Origin: Octopus sinensis
Lineage: Eukaryota
DNA: 64,000 bases
Reading direction: 5' to 3'
NCBI RefSeq assembly: GCF_006345805.1
Contig: NC_043021.1
Location: 24,490,001 to 24,554,000 of the forward strand
Shown here: piece by piece, positions 40,161 to 53,944 of the stretch
How the letters are laid out: every line of letters begins with the position of its first letter
How positions within the stretch are numbered: the stretch's first letter is position 1
Notes under the pieces: generated by a model
The model's database searches: none
Seen by the model: only the letters and a program-made list of their open reading frames with translations
What the model was told of the DNA's origin: nothing
Position numbers and translations under genes: made by a program

Positions 40161-41620
40161 CCATTATATTTTCTTTCAAACGTTAACCCTTTACTCTCTT
40201 AGAGAGAGAGAACACTGCGTGAACAACAATGCCGACTCCGATGTTCCGGTGAAAGGGAGTGTTTCCTCTTGACTCCGCATGAGTTGTGCTTAAAAACGTG
40301 TTCATATTCTTGAATGTGATAAAGTGTAGAATTAGATTATTATCCTGCTTCCAGCTTCAGTGTTGCTGCCAGGATTTGTAAAATAAGGCACACTTCCACC
40401 CCCATCCCCTCATTTTGTGATTTAGGGGGATTTTTGAAAAACAAGGCGGGGTTCGCTACGGTGTTCAGTGAACAAATTAAACACACTAAAATCGATCAAG
40501 TTTATGCGTAAATTTTCTTTTTATATGTTTGTTTTCTTTTACACAATATTAAAACAACGACTGAAAATTTTCTGAAGCAGCAACCCCCCACCTAATTTTA
40601 TCTACGAGACGCCAAAAAATGAAAGGCAAAGTTGACCTCGCCGGAATTTGAACGCAGAACGTAAAAACAGACGAGATGCTAGAAAACATTGTGCCTGGAA
40701 TGTTAATGGTTCTTCCACTTCGCTGCCTTCTCCAGCCTAAATATATTCATAAGGAAAATGGTAGACTCCTGTTAGTGACTTGTGCGCCAAAATGAAGAAG
40801 AACCTCATTACTGAAGCTAAAGAAAAAGAATAGAAACGTATAGATTATAGAGAAAGGGCCCAGAACCGAATCCTTGATGATTATTAAACAAACCTTTTTC
40901 TGACAAACTGAATCCTTTAGTTAATATCAATAAACCGGGAATCCCTAGATTTGCCCTCAAATGAAAAACATTATTTCATTCGTTCGACGAAATACATTTA
41001 AAATGATTAGTTGAAGTAAAAAAAAAAAAAGAGAGAGAGAGAAATACTAAACGAAGATAATTCAGCACAGCTTGTACTTCAAGAAAACATAAATATCAAC
41101 AACAGCCAAACAAATATAAATAAAAACAACATTGTCCACAACCAAATTGGGACGAGGTAACATTAAATACGGGACAGACAATTGCAAACCTAACTCTACT
41201 AAGTAATGTTTCAAAAACAGAATGCGGGAAGTGGACGGATATAGAAGATTAAATTTAACCCCAGTATTTGATTGGTATTCTAGTAATAACTGGATACTAA
41301 TAATTATAATACTAATAATTATAATAGTAATAGGTTTTAACATGGGTACAGGCTTAATATTCCGAAAAGAGGATTCTTCGATTACATGAACCCGAAGTAC
41401 GTGACTGATACAAAACTGATATCAAAATCTGAAAGATGGAGGTGGCCTCAGGACGTCAACGGTCAGAAGAAATACTAAGGAGCACTTGTTCCAACACTCA
41501 AAAGATTTTGTCAGTCCTGTCTTTAACTGCTAATTCATAATTGGAACTGATTTAAATAAATCAGACCAGTAATTTTGAAGGGGGAGAGGCAGATGAAGCC
41601 ATCGACCCCAGTACTTAATT

Positions 41621-42036
41621 GGGACCTTTTCGGTTTGAACGGCAGTTTTTAACATAATTTCTAGGTAACTAAAAAATGTTTAACTTCGTATACTGGTAGA
41701 ATGTGTTTATAAAACATCTTTTTCTCTTGGCTTTATTGAGAACATTCTATAGTTTGTAAGATATTTGTTGTTTTTTTCTTCAATTTCTGCAATTTCAACC
41801 AATCAATTGCGTCTATTGAGGTAAAAAGCATTCTGTGCCGTATGAATATATCCCTCGTTTAAGAAACAGATTGGGTTTATTTACATTTGTGAAGAAAAAA
41901 AGATACCCTCCCCCCACCCCTAACCCTTCCCTAAAACAGATTGAAATGCAATAGATCGATTCTAGGGTCATAATTATGGGTGACAATTTCATAGGACACC
42001 GCTAGAAAAAACTGCCGTTCAAACCGAAAAGATCCC
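41621..42036. mobile_element. MITE copy 1 (~30-bp TIRs, 6-bp TSD) inserted into a SINE A
   Basis: ggga(c/t)cttttcggtttgaacggcagttttt ... aaaaactgccgttcaaaccgaaaagatccc; ttaatt on both flanks. Confidence 0.9.
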
Positions 42037-42380
42037 TTAATTGAAACTATTTTATCGACCCCGGAAGAATGAAAGACAAAACTAAAAACATAAAAATCCA
42101 TAAGAATTATCGCAAAACCATTTTCCTAATGTTCTGATGATTCTGCCAGCCATTTGCCCGGCACAAGACCAGCATTTTTGAGGAGAAGAGGTTAAGTCGA
42201 TTAAATCGACCCTGATACTCGACTGGTACTTTATTTATCGAGCCTGAGGGGTAAAGTCGATTTCAGCGAAATTTGAAATCAGAATGAAAAGAGCCGAAAG
42301 AAATGCTGAAACGCATTTTGTCCGGCATGCTAACGATTCTCCCAGTTCACTGCCATTTCTGCTTCTAAGTACATATAACT

Positions 42381-42797
42381 GGGATCTTTTCGGTTTGAAC
42401 GGCAGTTTTTAACATAATTTCTAGGTAACTAAAAAATTTAAAACTTCGTATACTGGTAGAATGTGTTTATAAAACATCTTTTTCTCTTGGCTTTATTGAG
42501 AAAATTCTATATTTTGTAAGATATTTGTTGTTTTTTTTCTTCAATTTCTGCAATTTCAACCAATCACTGACGTATTTGAGGTAAAAAGCATTCTGTGCCG
42601 TATGAAAATGTCCCTCGTTTAAGAAACAGATTGGGTTTATTTACATTTGTGAAGAAAAAAAGATACCCTTCCCCCACCCCTAACCCTAACCCTAAAACAG
42701 ATTGAAATGCAATAGATCGATACTAGGGTCATAATTATGGGTGACAATTTCATATGACACCGCTAGAAAAAACTGCTGTTCAAACCGACGAGATCCT
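42381..42797. mobile_element. MITE copy 2 (same family)
   Basis: Collinear with copy 1; flanks ataact/ataatt; internal (ccctaa)3. Confidence 0.9.
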
Positions 42798-43599
42798 ATA
42801 ATTGGAAAAAATGTCTTAATGTCAACAGCAGTGAATGGAAAATGCGGTGAGGTAGAAAATATTGTGGGAACAAAATGTTTGAAGAGATAAAACTTATAAC
42901 AAATTGGAGACAGACTAGAAACCAGCAAATTGTCTTAGAACGATAAATAGAAATGTAAGAGAGTCTTTATCAAAGTAAGAGTTCATTAGAAATCATAAGC
43001 GAATAAATAGCTACTGTCTTAAAGTGTTGTATGTCATGTGAGCGTAGTATCGAGAACAATTGGTGTCGAATACAGGAGAAACGTCTAGAACAATCCTTGT
43101 TTTGAACCAACAGCTGATATCTCTTTTCTACTCTAAGCACAAGGGCCGAAATTTTGAGGGAGGGGACCAGTCGATTAGATCGATCCCGCAAGGATGAAAG
43201 GCAAAGTTGACCTCGGCAGAATTTGAACTCAGAATGTAAAGCTATTCTAACATTTCTGCAAGCTTGCCGCCTTCCAACAGATGATATATCACGAAAGGAA
43301 AAAGATGTAACTAAAATAGATACATGCGAAACACGATTCTGTCATCCTACAAAGCAGTGAAGTTAAATAGAAAATTTTAAAATTCAAGATGCCTGAATTT
43401 TAAAATCACGAAAATTTTAATTCAATTTAATAAATCTGAAGTGTAGAAAATACAGTGATTTTATAAACAAAACTTGATGAAAAGACAAGATAAGTATTTA
43501 GAGGAAAGGAAATAAGAAAACACGAAGTGGGAAGAATCCAGTATGTAAAAATAAAAGAGGGAATGTTTTTGAGAAAAATATGGAAATTAGATTATCCCT

Positions 43600-44030
43600 A
43601 CAAAGCAAATGAATTCAAACAGGGAACAAGTGAAAAATCTAATGAAGTGGCACCAAAAGAATGAGAAGATGTCTCAAAGAAAAATATAATGGTAACCATA
43701 TCAGGAAAATGGTAATTGGAAACCAACTGGAGCGAATAAAATCCAAAGTTGCTAGGTAAAACTGCATGTCTTACATCAATAAATGCCCAAAATGATTCAA
43801 CAGAATGATACCGTGGCCATCTCAAATATCGGAACGACTGGCGCAAAGAAAATTATTTGCCATAACAAAAGCAAGAGAAACTGCAATACTACGTTGCTTT
43901 GTAGCAAGAAATAAGATGGTGTTAACACTTCAACAAAAATAGTGGCTACTTGAAGAAGTGAAGGGCTACAAAAGGCTCGTGTGTTTGTCATGACCATACA
44001 CTGGTAAACAACATAACGTTCATAAATAGT
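43600..44030 (+). mobile_element. Possible ancient RTE-like APE endonuclease remnant
   Basis: Weak by-eye motifs (RNCNTTLL; HDHTLV resembling SDH.LV) in stop-riddled frames. Confidence 0.25.
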
Positions 44031-46020
44031 ATACACCAACAGAACGTGTATAATATTCGGTCAGGTTATATGGCCGCGAGCGGCATTTGTGGATAGTAGA
44101 ATTATAGGATTTAAGAAAAGTAACCTAAAAGAAAGTAAATGTGAACGGTTTGAAATCGTAGGACATTCACAAGGAATCTGCCTTTCATCGGAAGACCATA
44201 TAAAAACCAAATTCATCCGAAGAGATTCGCTTTAGCCACTTCTCTTCAGTTCTTAATCCCAGACAGTAATTACATGACATTATGAGAGCGACTATAATTA
44301 GCCATTTATTTTAGCTTCTACCTATTAAATCCCATTCTCAAGGCATTGGTCGCCCCATGCTCATACTGGTAGACACGTGACTAAGGTGCCATGTTTGCAA
44401 GGCCGAATCTAGACTATTATGGTTTGAGATATAAATTAAAGATCATTCCCGAAGACCCATCTTTAAAATCTTCCTGGTGCTTCGTGTTAGAGTTGTGGCA
44501 TCAGTATGGAGTCTGGGTTTGACAAATACTCCAGAGTTACTTTCTAAAAGGTTACGTTGACTAAGTCTGTAAAACAGTGACACTGAAATCCGCAAAAGAT
44601 ATTCAAGAAATTAGGAACGAAAAGGTTGTAAACATAACCAGTGGTCCATGGAATAAATACCAAAGAGACATTCCGAATGGCAATATCAATGTTATGCGTG
44701 CGGGAAGGTTTAGTGGAACTTAATTACTGAACTCGGCAGTAGACACCGGAAGACATTACCGAGGTTTTTGTTCCTATTCTCTCCGTTCTGAGTTCAAATC
44801 TTGCAGAGGTAACTTACTTTTAACTTTGCTTTGTATTCTTTAGGAGTTCTCTCTCTCTCTCTCTCTGCCTTAGAAATCAGCTGTTATCAGTCACGTAGAG
44901 GTAAGGGTTCGACCATGTTTGATAACTGTGCATGATAAGCAATATTTCACGACGGCACCGCTGCATCTCCTTCAACCGTTGAGGGCCCAATGAAGAAAAT
45001 AATCGATGATGTTCTTTTTCACAAATTACATTAATGAAACAAATCAATAACAGGTGAATGAAGTTTCTGTTGCCCCTCGATCTGAAGAAAGCTGTACACC
45101 ATACACGAACTTGTGACCATAATTTGGTGATGTATTAACGAATTAATGAAACTCGATAAAGATTCTTATTGTGTTGGCTCACGAGGGCTCGGTTGATTGT
45201 AACCTGCATTGAACTCAGAGACAACGACCATTGCGAGATCAATCGTAATCACACTAATTGTTGTTGTAGCAACGCATATAGCAACAACATTAACAACAGT
45301 AATTTAGGCACGAGACAGGAATTCGGTTAATATCTAGATCCGCACCCGGTGTGAAAAACGGGAAACGAAAATGTGTAACAAGTGTAAGGCATCGTATATT
45401 AAAGAAATATGACGAAAAAAATGCGAGGGCAAGGGATTAGTCGATGATACCGACCTCAGTATTTGACTGATACTTTAGTCTATTGATCGCGAAAGGATGA
45501 GAGGCAATGGTGACCTAGGTGGGATTTGAACTCAGAACGCAAAGAGCCAGAAGGAATATCGCAAATCATTTTTCCGACTCGCTAATGACAATAAATGCAA
45601 CAATAACGAACAGAAAAACAAAACTATAATCATATATTCTTTTCTACTCTAGGCACAAGGTCCGAAAACTATAATTATATATATAACGTATCGACATTGT
45701 GAGTGTATGACCTGCTAGAAATACCAGCTACATGTTACTGATATCATTTAGGAATCTTCGTGTAAAAAGGGGTAAAAAGAGACAATATAGTCGTCGCCAT
45801 CTCCAAAAGTGATAGGATGGTCACGGTTGTATTTCTTTTCACTATAAGTTTAACCCTTTAATCAGGCTTGATTAGGGTTGTGTTTCTTGTCTGGGGACCT
45901 CAACACTTGACCGAGTCAATGAAGAGCCGTTATGATGTGCAGAGAGTCATGTGCACTTTTGGAGAGGACAAAGCATCTCCGTCCAGATGTGACCACAACA
46001 AATATCTGAGAGAGAGAGAG

Positions 46021-46186
46021 GAGAAGAAGAAGAAGAAGAAGAAGAAGAAGAAGAAGGAGAAGAAGAAGAAGAAGGAGAAGAAGAAGAAGAAGAAGGAGAA
46101 GAAGAAGAAGAAGAAGAAGAAGAAGAAGAGAAGAAGAAGAAGAAGAAGAAGAAGAAGAAGAAGAAGAAGAAGAAGAAGAAGAAGAA
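46021..46186. repeat. (AAG)n microsatellite
   Basis: Seen directly; source of the poly-K/R ORF. Confidence 0.97.
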
Positions 46187-46937
46187 TCGACTCTACTGAC
46201 ATATTGTTTATTGACCCCCGAAGGCTACACGTTAAAGTTGACCTCGATGTGATTTGAACTCAGAACGCAGACAATTGGAACGATTACCACAGAGCAATAT
46301 ATCTGACATCCTAAAGACTCGACCAGTTGGTCACCTTTGTACAACAACAACAACAACGATAATATCAGCAATAAAAGAAACAAAACAAGAAGCAAAAGTC
46401 TGACATCGACGACAGCGATGGAACTTCTACATGGTCGCATACATTGCTAGAAACATCAGCCAGAACCTCGAAAAGCGGCGACAGACACTTTAGATAATAT
46501 CGCTATGTTAATCAAAATAGGCGGGATGGTCATGGTTAAATTGCTTGATGGATGGGGTTTCAGGATTTTGCTCAGTCAGAGGTGACAAGGGAGGCGAAAG
46601 TATAGAATAAGCCCCCCCCCCCCCAGTGCTTAGGGTTAGGGTTTCTGTTACGCCGAAACCGGGTGATGTACGTATTCTTTACCTCTGCCGACAAGAGAAT
46701 ATTAATTAGCTGCGACATCAACAACAACCACAGCAACAATAAGAACAGAAATAAGTAACAAATGCACAAAGCGGCGACATATATATGGTGGGATGTGGAC
46801 ACCCTCAGACCACTTGTATAACAGACAGACAGACAGACAGACAGACAGATGTGTCTGGGCATACATACACACGTGTGTATTATTACATGTGTATTACAAA
46901 TATATATAAAAACACACATAAACATATATGTATAAAG

Positions 46938-47015
<78 letters not shown>

Positions 47016-47034
47016 ATATAATAATATAATATTA

Positions 47035-47260
47035 TTATTTGAGGGAATAAAATCCAAACTTACAAGGAAAAAAATTCATTTAGAAATACTAAATCAAATT
47101 CCACACAATATAATAAATATATTTAAAAAATCAGAAAAAAAACACCTTTTATCAAATCAAAATGAATAATTAAATTACACCATCTAGAAATTACATATAA
47201 TAGAAAAGTTAAACTTAAAATAACAATAATATGTAAAGAATAAGTAAATTGCAAAAATAA
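47035..47260. repeat. Single-arm homologue of the palindrome P3 family
   Basis: ttatttgagggaataaaatccaaacttacaagg...taagtaaattgcaa matches 20543-20766. Confidence 0.85.
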
Positions 47261-48160
47261 TAATAAAAACGTATATAGTAGGTATATAATATATATATAA
47301 TATAATATATATATATATATATATTATATATTATATATATATATAATATATATATATTATATATATATATATAATATAACATATATGTATAAATATATAT
47401 ATATATAGGTATATATATATATATATATACACGCATACACACACAGATACATACGTATGTATTTATGTACATATGTATTTTGATATGCTATAATTATTGA
47501 TAATATATGTTTAAAATAGAAAAACCGAATTTGTTTGCATCTGAAGTTGTTGAACTGATGAGACCGTGTAACCTCTGGGTGTGAATTTGGTCAACTGACA
47601 TAATTTTAATTCCTTTAAACACGAACCAGTCGCTAATGCATGAACATCACTACATCCACTCTTCTCCATACACTTACAATGCAGCATACTTCCTATCACT
47701 TAGCAACACAATCCAAATGCTTATGTTGATACAGAAGAGCGAATCAAAGAGTAAATATAGTTTACGTGGATGACGAAAAACAAAAACCCAAAAAACAACA
47801 CAGAAATAGATAAAAACTAGAAACAACAAACGAGACGGCAATCGATCAAAAGCTACATATATGTGTGTGTGTGTGTGCGCGTGTGTGTGTGCATGTGTGT
47901 GTATGTGTGTGTGCGTGTGTGTGTGTGTACATATATATATATATATATAGATATATATAATATACATATATATATACACATACATATATATATACATATA
48001 TATATATACATATATACATATATATTACATATATATACATATATATATATGTATATATATATATATATGTATACATATATATATATATATATATACATAT
48101 ATATATTACATATATATACATATATATATACATATATATATGTATATATATATATGTATA

Positions 48161-48220
<60 letters not shown>

Positions 48221-49761
48221 TATATATATATATATATATATATAATCACTCACACATACATATCGTATTCAAATACATGCGTATATTTAAAAAAAAGAGA
48301 AGCTTAAGAGAGAAATACGAGTCGGTTGAGAATGAGAAGAGGGCGGAAGGGCGGCGGAAGAAGATGAAAGTAGAACTGAAAAATCTGTGTCAAAAGAAGA
48401 AAATTGCTCGTCTTTTTTTTTTGTCATATTTTTGTATTTCTGTATCTTATTTTTATTTATATATCATTTCGTTTCTGGTTTGTTTTAAAGAAAATAAATG
48501 AGAGAGTGAAAGAGTGGGAGAGAAGGAGAGTGAGTGAGGGAGAGAAAGAGGGTGAGAGGAAGGCACGAGCGCACAAACAATGAATGTATTTGAACGCAAA
48601 GTGTTGTGGCAAGTGAATGAGTGAAAGAAAGGAGAAAAGAAGAAAAATCGATACTTACATTCAGCATCGAACTGTTATTGTTGGAAATAATTTTACTTGG
48701 TCCACTTGTACAGAGTTCTACTTTCATAAATAAATATAAACATAGGCGCGTGTGTATATATATATATATATATGTCCGTGCGTGCGAGTATATATCTATG
48801 GAGCGGTGTATGTGCGTCTATAAAGGCCAGTATATAAGTGAAATATATATTGATAAAGCTGTTGATTAGTGAAACCGCTTTGATGTATGTCTAAGCGTGT
48901 GTTTGTAGGTGTGCGTGCGAGTGTGTGTGTGAAAGTGTGCGTGTGCCCGGATGAGCTTCATGAAGTTCCACTGAGTGATGGAGATTCAGTTTATTGAAGA
49001 ATAAACAATTTATTGTAAATTTTGCGAAGCTGGACACCTCCAAGTGACTTGATAGATTCACCCTGGGACACCAAACCTCCGAAGACACACAAACAGCACA
49101 TGCACATACACACACTCACACAAATATGTTTCTGCGTATATGAGTGTTTTGATTAAAGCTGTAGAATGTTAAGTTGCTATATATATATATATATATATAT
49201 ATATCAACTAATAAGGGTGAGAGAATTAGATACTAATTTAATAGTATTTCCACTTGGTGTTAAAATATATATATATATATATATAATGTTTGTAATGTGT
49301 GGATACGTTTTGATTTGTGTTGAAATTTTTGTAGATATTCCTCAATAGAATTTTGCACAAAATTCCTTTATTTGCTAATATTTCGTATAAATGTGAATTA
49401 GTGGTATTTATGGTTTCCTCAAAATGAGATATCAGATTATAAATATATGTAGATATATATAAAGCAAAACGGAAACAGGTTTCTTCCCGTAAGTATCGAA
49501 ACTGCGTCCCGTAATCCGCTTACCGAGAGCTTACCACAAAATCTTTGTCGCTCGCTTCTTTTGCATCTAATTACCGGTTTGTTTTGATTCGGAGAAGAGA
49601 TGGTCGTCAGATGCCGGGAAGTGAATGCCTTTCACAAAGATATTTCAAACGGGTTCACTTTAAACAAGTTCAAAAATCAAGTCGGAATATTTCGCCTTCT
49701 CAGGATTTACTTGTAAAATAGTTGCTAACTCGTAAAATGTTGGTGCATTCATAACAGAGGA

Positions 49762-49796
<35 letters not shown>

Positions 49797-49988
49797 TGTA
49801 TGTATGTATGTATGTATGTATGTATGTAGTATGTATGTACGTATGTATGTACGTATGTATGTATGTACGTATGGGTGTGGTTACTTGTATGTCTTCCTTC
49901 TCTGGTGCGTACGGACAGAGGATATATAAGTATGAGTACAATATTGGACACAGATTAATTTATACTCTTTTCTGTATGTACAGGCTCC

Positions 49989-50051
<63 letters not shown>

Positions 50052-50054
50052 TCG

Positions 50055-50087
<33 letters not shown>

Positions 50088-50290
50088 ATAATATATTATT
50101 ATTACCCGCGTGTTATGGTGTGTGCATAGGTTTACTGTTCCACCCGTATTTCTGTATAACTTGCTGCTTGTTTACATAAATCTCCGAGTATAAGTGACTC
50201 GATTAGTTTGTCCTTCCGTTATGTATTGTGTCAAGGTAGGAATCGGTGCGCATCGAGGCCTTCAGAAATGGTATTTTCAACTAACTTCTT

Positions 50291-50330
<40 letters not shown>

Positions 50331-50412
50331 TCTCCCTCTCTCATATTATTGTATGTATATTTACATATAACCATGCACAAACACACACACACGTGTAGAC
50401 AGACAGACAGAC

Positions 50413-50658
<246 letters not shown>

Positions 50659-51139
50659 GAGTATAGTATATTTTCCGAATTTGTTCTTATGCTTGTCTAT
50701 AGAGCTATAAATATTTGTGTATACACACGTATACAAATAGAAATGTTTGCGTGCCTCAGTTAATAAATATATGTAAGTTTATATACACAAATAGTTATAA
50801 ACTGTTTATATATGTGTATGTATGTGTGTATATGTGTATGTGTGTGTGTGTATGTGAGTGTATGTGTGTGTACGTGTGAGCGTATGTGTGTGTACGTGCA
50901 AATAATGTAAATATGTTTACGTGCGTGCATTCAAAGTACGAGTCAGTTGTGTTTTCCGCTCGCCCATCGTGTGTCCAGGCCTTTCCGTATCCAATACTGA
51001 CCAACGCTGTGTCCAGTCTGTATTTGGTCAAACAGATCGCACCATTCCTTAACGTTTCACTCGGGTTCCACGCGTGCAGCGGAATGTAAATCTGACCGCC
51101 GAAATTATTGGTTGCTATCTACATGCGTGAGGGAGTGTC

Positions 51140-51181
<42 letters not shown>

Positions 51182-51348
51182 TGACCGTGTGTGTGCGTGT
51201 GTGCGTGAGCGTGTGTGTGTGTAGAGGCCGGTTCAATTGGACACATATGTAAATGAGCTTTTTTTTATATGTGAATGCGTCTGCGCGCGTGTGTGTGTGT
51301 GTGCAATACAAGACATAAAAACTTCCTTTTCTCCATCTATCATTCTGC

Positions 51349-51385
<37 letters not shown>

Positions 51386-51529
51386 CCTCTCTCAAACTCA
51401 TACATAAATGCATGTAAACACACCCGTACACACGCAACGCGGTCTATTATATATGTTGGCGGGCTTATCAGCTACTTATGTCTGGCCGCATATATGCATA
51501 CATACATAGATTAGCCAAAGAAGCGGATA

Positions 51530-51955
51530 CATATACATACATATGTACATTTATATATATATATATATAGTTCCATCGTAATTCATATACATATATACAC
51601 ACGCACACACGCACGCATACAGGTTACACATCTATGCAAATGTTTGTATGTATACGCACGTGCACACGAACTCGATATATACACACACGAACAAAACATG
51701 CGGCATCACACATACACGCACACATGCACACACACGCACGCACACACACACACGCACACACACACACATGCACACACACATGCACACACACGCACACACA
51801 CATGCACACACACTACACATACACACGCACACACACACATGCACACACACACACACATGCACTCACACACACATGCACACACACGCACACACACACACAC
51901 ATGCACACACACGCACACACATACACACACACATGCACACACACACACACACGCA
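51530..51955. repeat. (CA)/(CG)-rich compound microsatellite
   Basis: Seen directly. Confidence 0.95.
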
Positions 51956-52197
51956 GCTGGAGACCCACGCAACCGCACAGAAAAAAATTAACAGTTCGTG
52001 TTACTCAGACAGATAGCAGCGTTAGTGAGGGTGGTCGTGCGGGGAGCGGCGGTATGGTTCTGGTAATACGTGCAGTCGTTGTTGTTTTTACCATCGTTGC
52101 TATTGTTTTTTTTTTTAATTCCACCCGAGAGGTTAAGCAGTTTTATGGTTGAAACTGTTCCAGTCATGCCCATCCCATCTTAATTTCATACAGTATA

Positions 52198-52824
52198 CAG
52201 TAATCCCTCGAATATCGCGGGTGTTACGTTCCAAAACCCACCGCGATAGTTGAAAATCCGCGAAGTAGAAACAGCACTGTATATTTCTGCATCCTTTTTA
52301 TAATTTGTATATATCTTTATATATAAAAGAGAGGTTGTGTGGTGTCTGTCTCCTACGATTTAGATTACTAACTCCTCCCACATTTTGCGGTGCAGTTTAA
52401 CCAAAATCGGGTATCTTATAGTCGTGATTCATATCGAGCCCTTCTGGCTATTAGCGCGCGTCTACGATGAGTCTACGATTTTTAAAATAATTTACCATCA
52501 TTTTTTTCCATTTTAATGCATTTTTCGCTATTATATAAGGGAAGCAACTCTCTAAAAATGTCTACGATGAGTCAACGATTTTAAAAAAAAATTACAATCA
52601 TTTTTTTTCCATTTTTAATTTTTTTTTTTTGCTATTTTTTGGCTATAACTCTCTAAAAATGCTTATATAGTTATTTCCCTTACAAACCCGAGCAACGCCG
52701 GGCGATACTGCTAGTTTTATTATAAATGCAAAACAGCAGCACGGAGGAATCGACGTAAGCTTAAATAATAAACCGCGATAGGTGACCCGCGATAGGTGAC
52801 CCGCGATATGGCGAGGGATTAGTG
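52198..52824. mobile_element. Tigger/pogo-like MITE interrupted by a Helitron
   Basis: TIRs cagtaatccctcgaatatcgcggg / cccgcgatatggcgagggattagtg; TA on the left flank. Confidence 0.75.
52314..52714 (+). mobile_element. Non-autonomous Helitron
   Basis: 5' TC (tctttatatataaaa), subterminal hairpin cccgagcaacgccggg at 52687-52702, 3' CTAG, inserted between A and T; internal ~120-bp duplication. Confidence 0.88.
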
Positions 52825-53549
52825 TTTTTATCTGCATTATCCAACGTGACCTACCTTATTTCTTATGACTGTAGCGCATGGTTTTGTGGGAGATTCGGCT
52901 GCTATTTTTAGCCAGCCTGGTGTCCGCATAATGTCCTCTTTGCTGGATCCGAGCGACTAGTGGCAGGAAGTTATAGATTTTTAGCCCTAGGCTCTAACAG
53001 CACAGTTATGATCAAAGATGTTCAAGCATGATCATCCCATCTTTCTACGACTTTACATGGTGTTAGGGTGACATCTGAGTGTACTCGGCTGCTATTTCTT
53101 GCAGACTGCATAACCACGCAAATGCTCCACGTTAGTTCGAAACCTGGATCACCCGTGAGGCCGTGGGGTAGAACTGAGTAGGGTAGTGAGGGTGTGGAGG
53201 TGGTAAGGAAGGTGAGCGTGATGGTGTCGGTGGTGTAGGGTGAGAGTGGGGAAGAGGTTTAGCCCCAGTCAGCCTTGATCTAGCAGGACTGATCAAATTC
53301 ATTCCAGCCGTGACCATTCAGTCGTTTTATGGATAGGTTGGATGACATTACTTACGTCACTTCGTGGATTTAAGAGGGCAAAATATGTGGTTCGAAGGAG
53401 AATTGGCTGTTATATCTCGCACGTCCAATGACCACACACACGGGTGCAGATGGTCTTCGTCTCTTACCAAATTGTGAACCTATTTTGACGAAGAAAGAAA
53501 CCCAAATCTTTCATGATTGTGTAGCACTCGCATTTACCTACATATGTGC

Positions 53550-53589
<40 letters not shown>

Positions 53590-53690
53590 ATGTATACACA
53601 CACACAAACTATTATTTGCATATCTATATATATATATTTACTGTTTCATATATATATATATATACATTTACTATTATATATATATACTAT

Positions 53691-53714
<24 letters not shown>

Positions 53715-53770
<56 letters not shown>

Positions 53771-53787
53771 CAGATAGATAGATAGAC

Positions 53788-53850
<63 letters not shown>

Positions 53851-53870
53851 CAGATAGATAGATAGATAGC

Positions 53871-53943
<73 letters not shown>
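53715..53943. repeat. (GATA)n flank of the Tx1-like element
   Basis: Seen directly; the other flank is 54728-54841. Confidence 0.97.

Positions 53944-53944
<1 letters not shown>

Noticed and set aside
42681-42705. Interstitial telomere (CCCTAA)n
   Set aside because: Only about 3 units, and part of the MITE's internal sequence.
47545-47610. CTGATGA-GACC...GGTC hammerhead candidate
   Set aside because: Stem II can form, but the GAAA box is missing and stems I and III do not pair convincingly.
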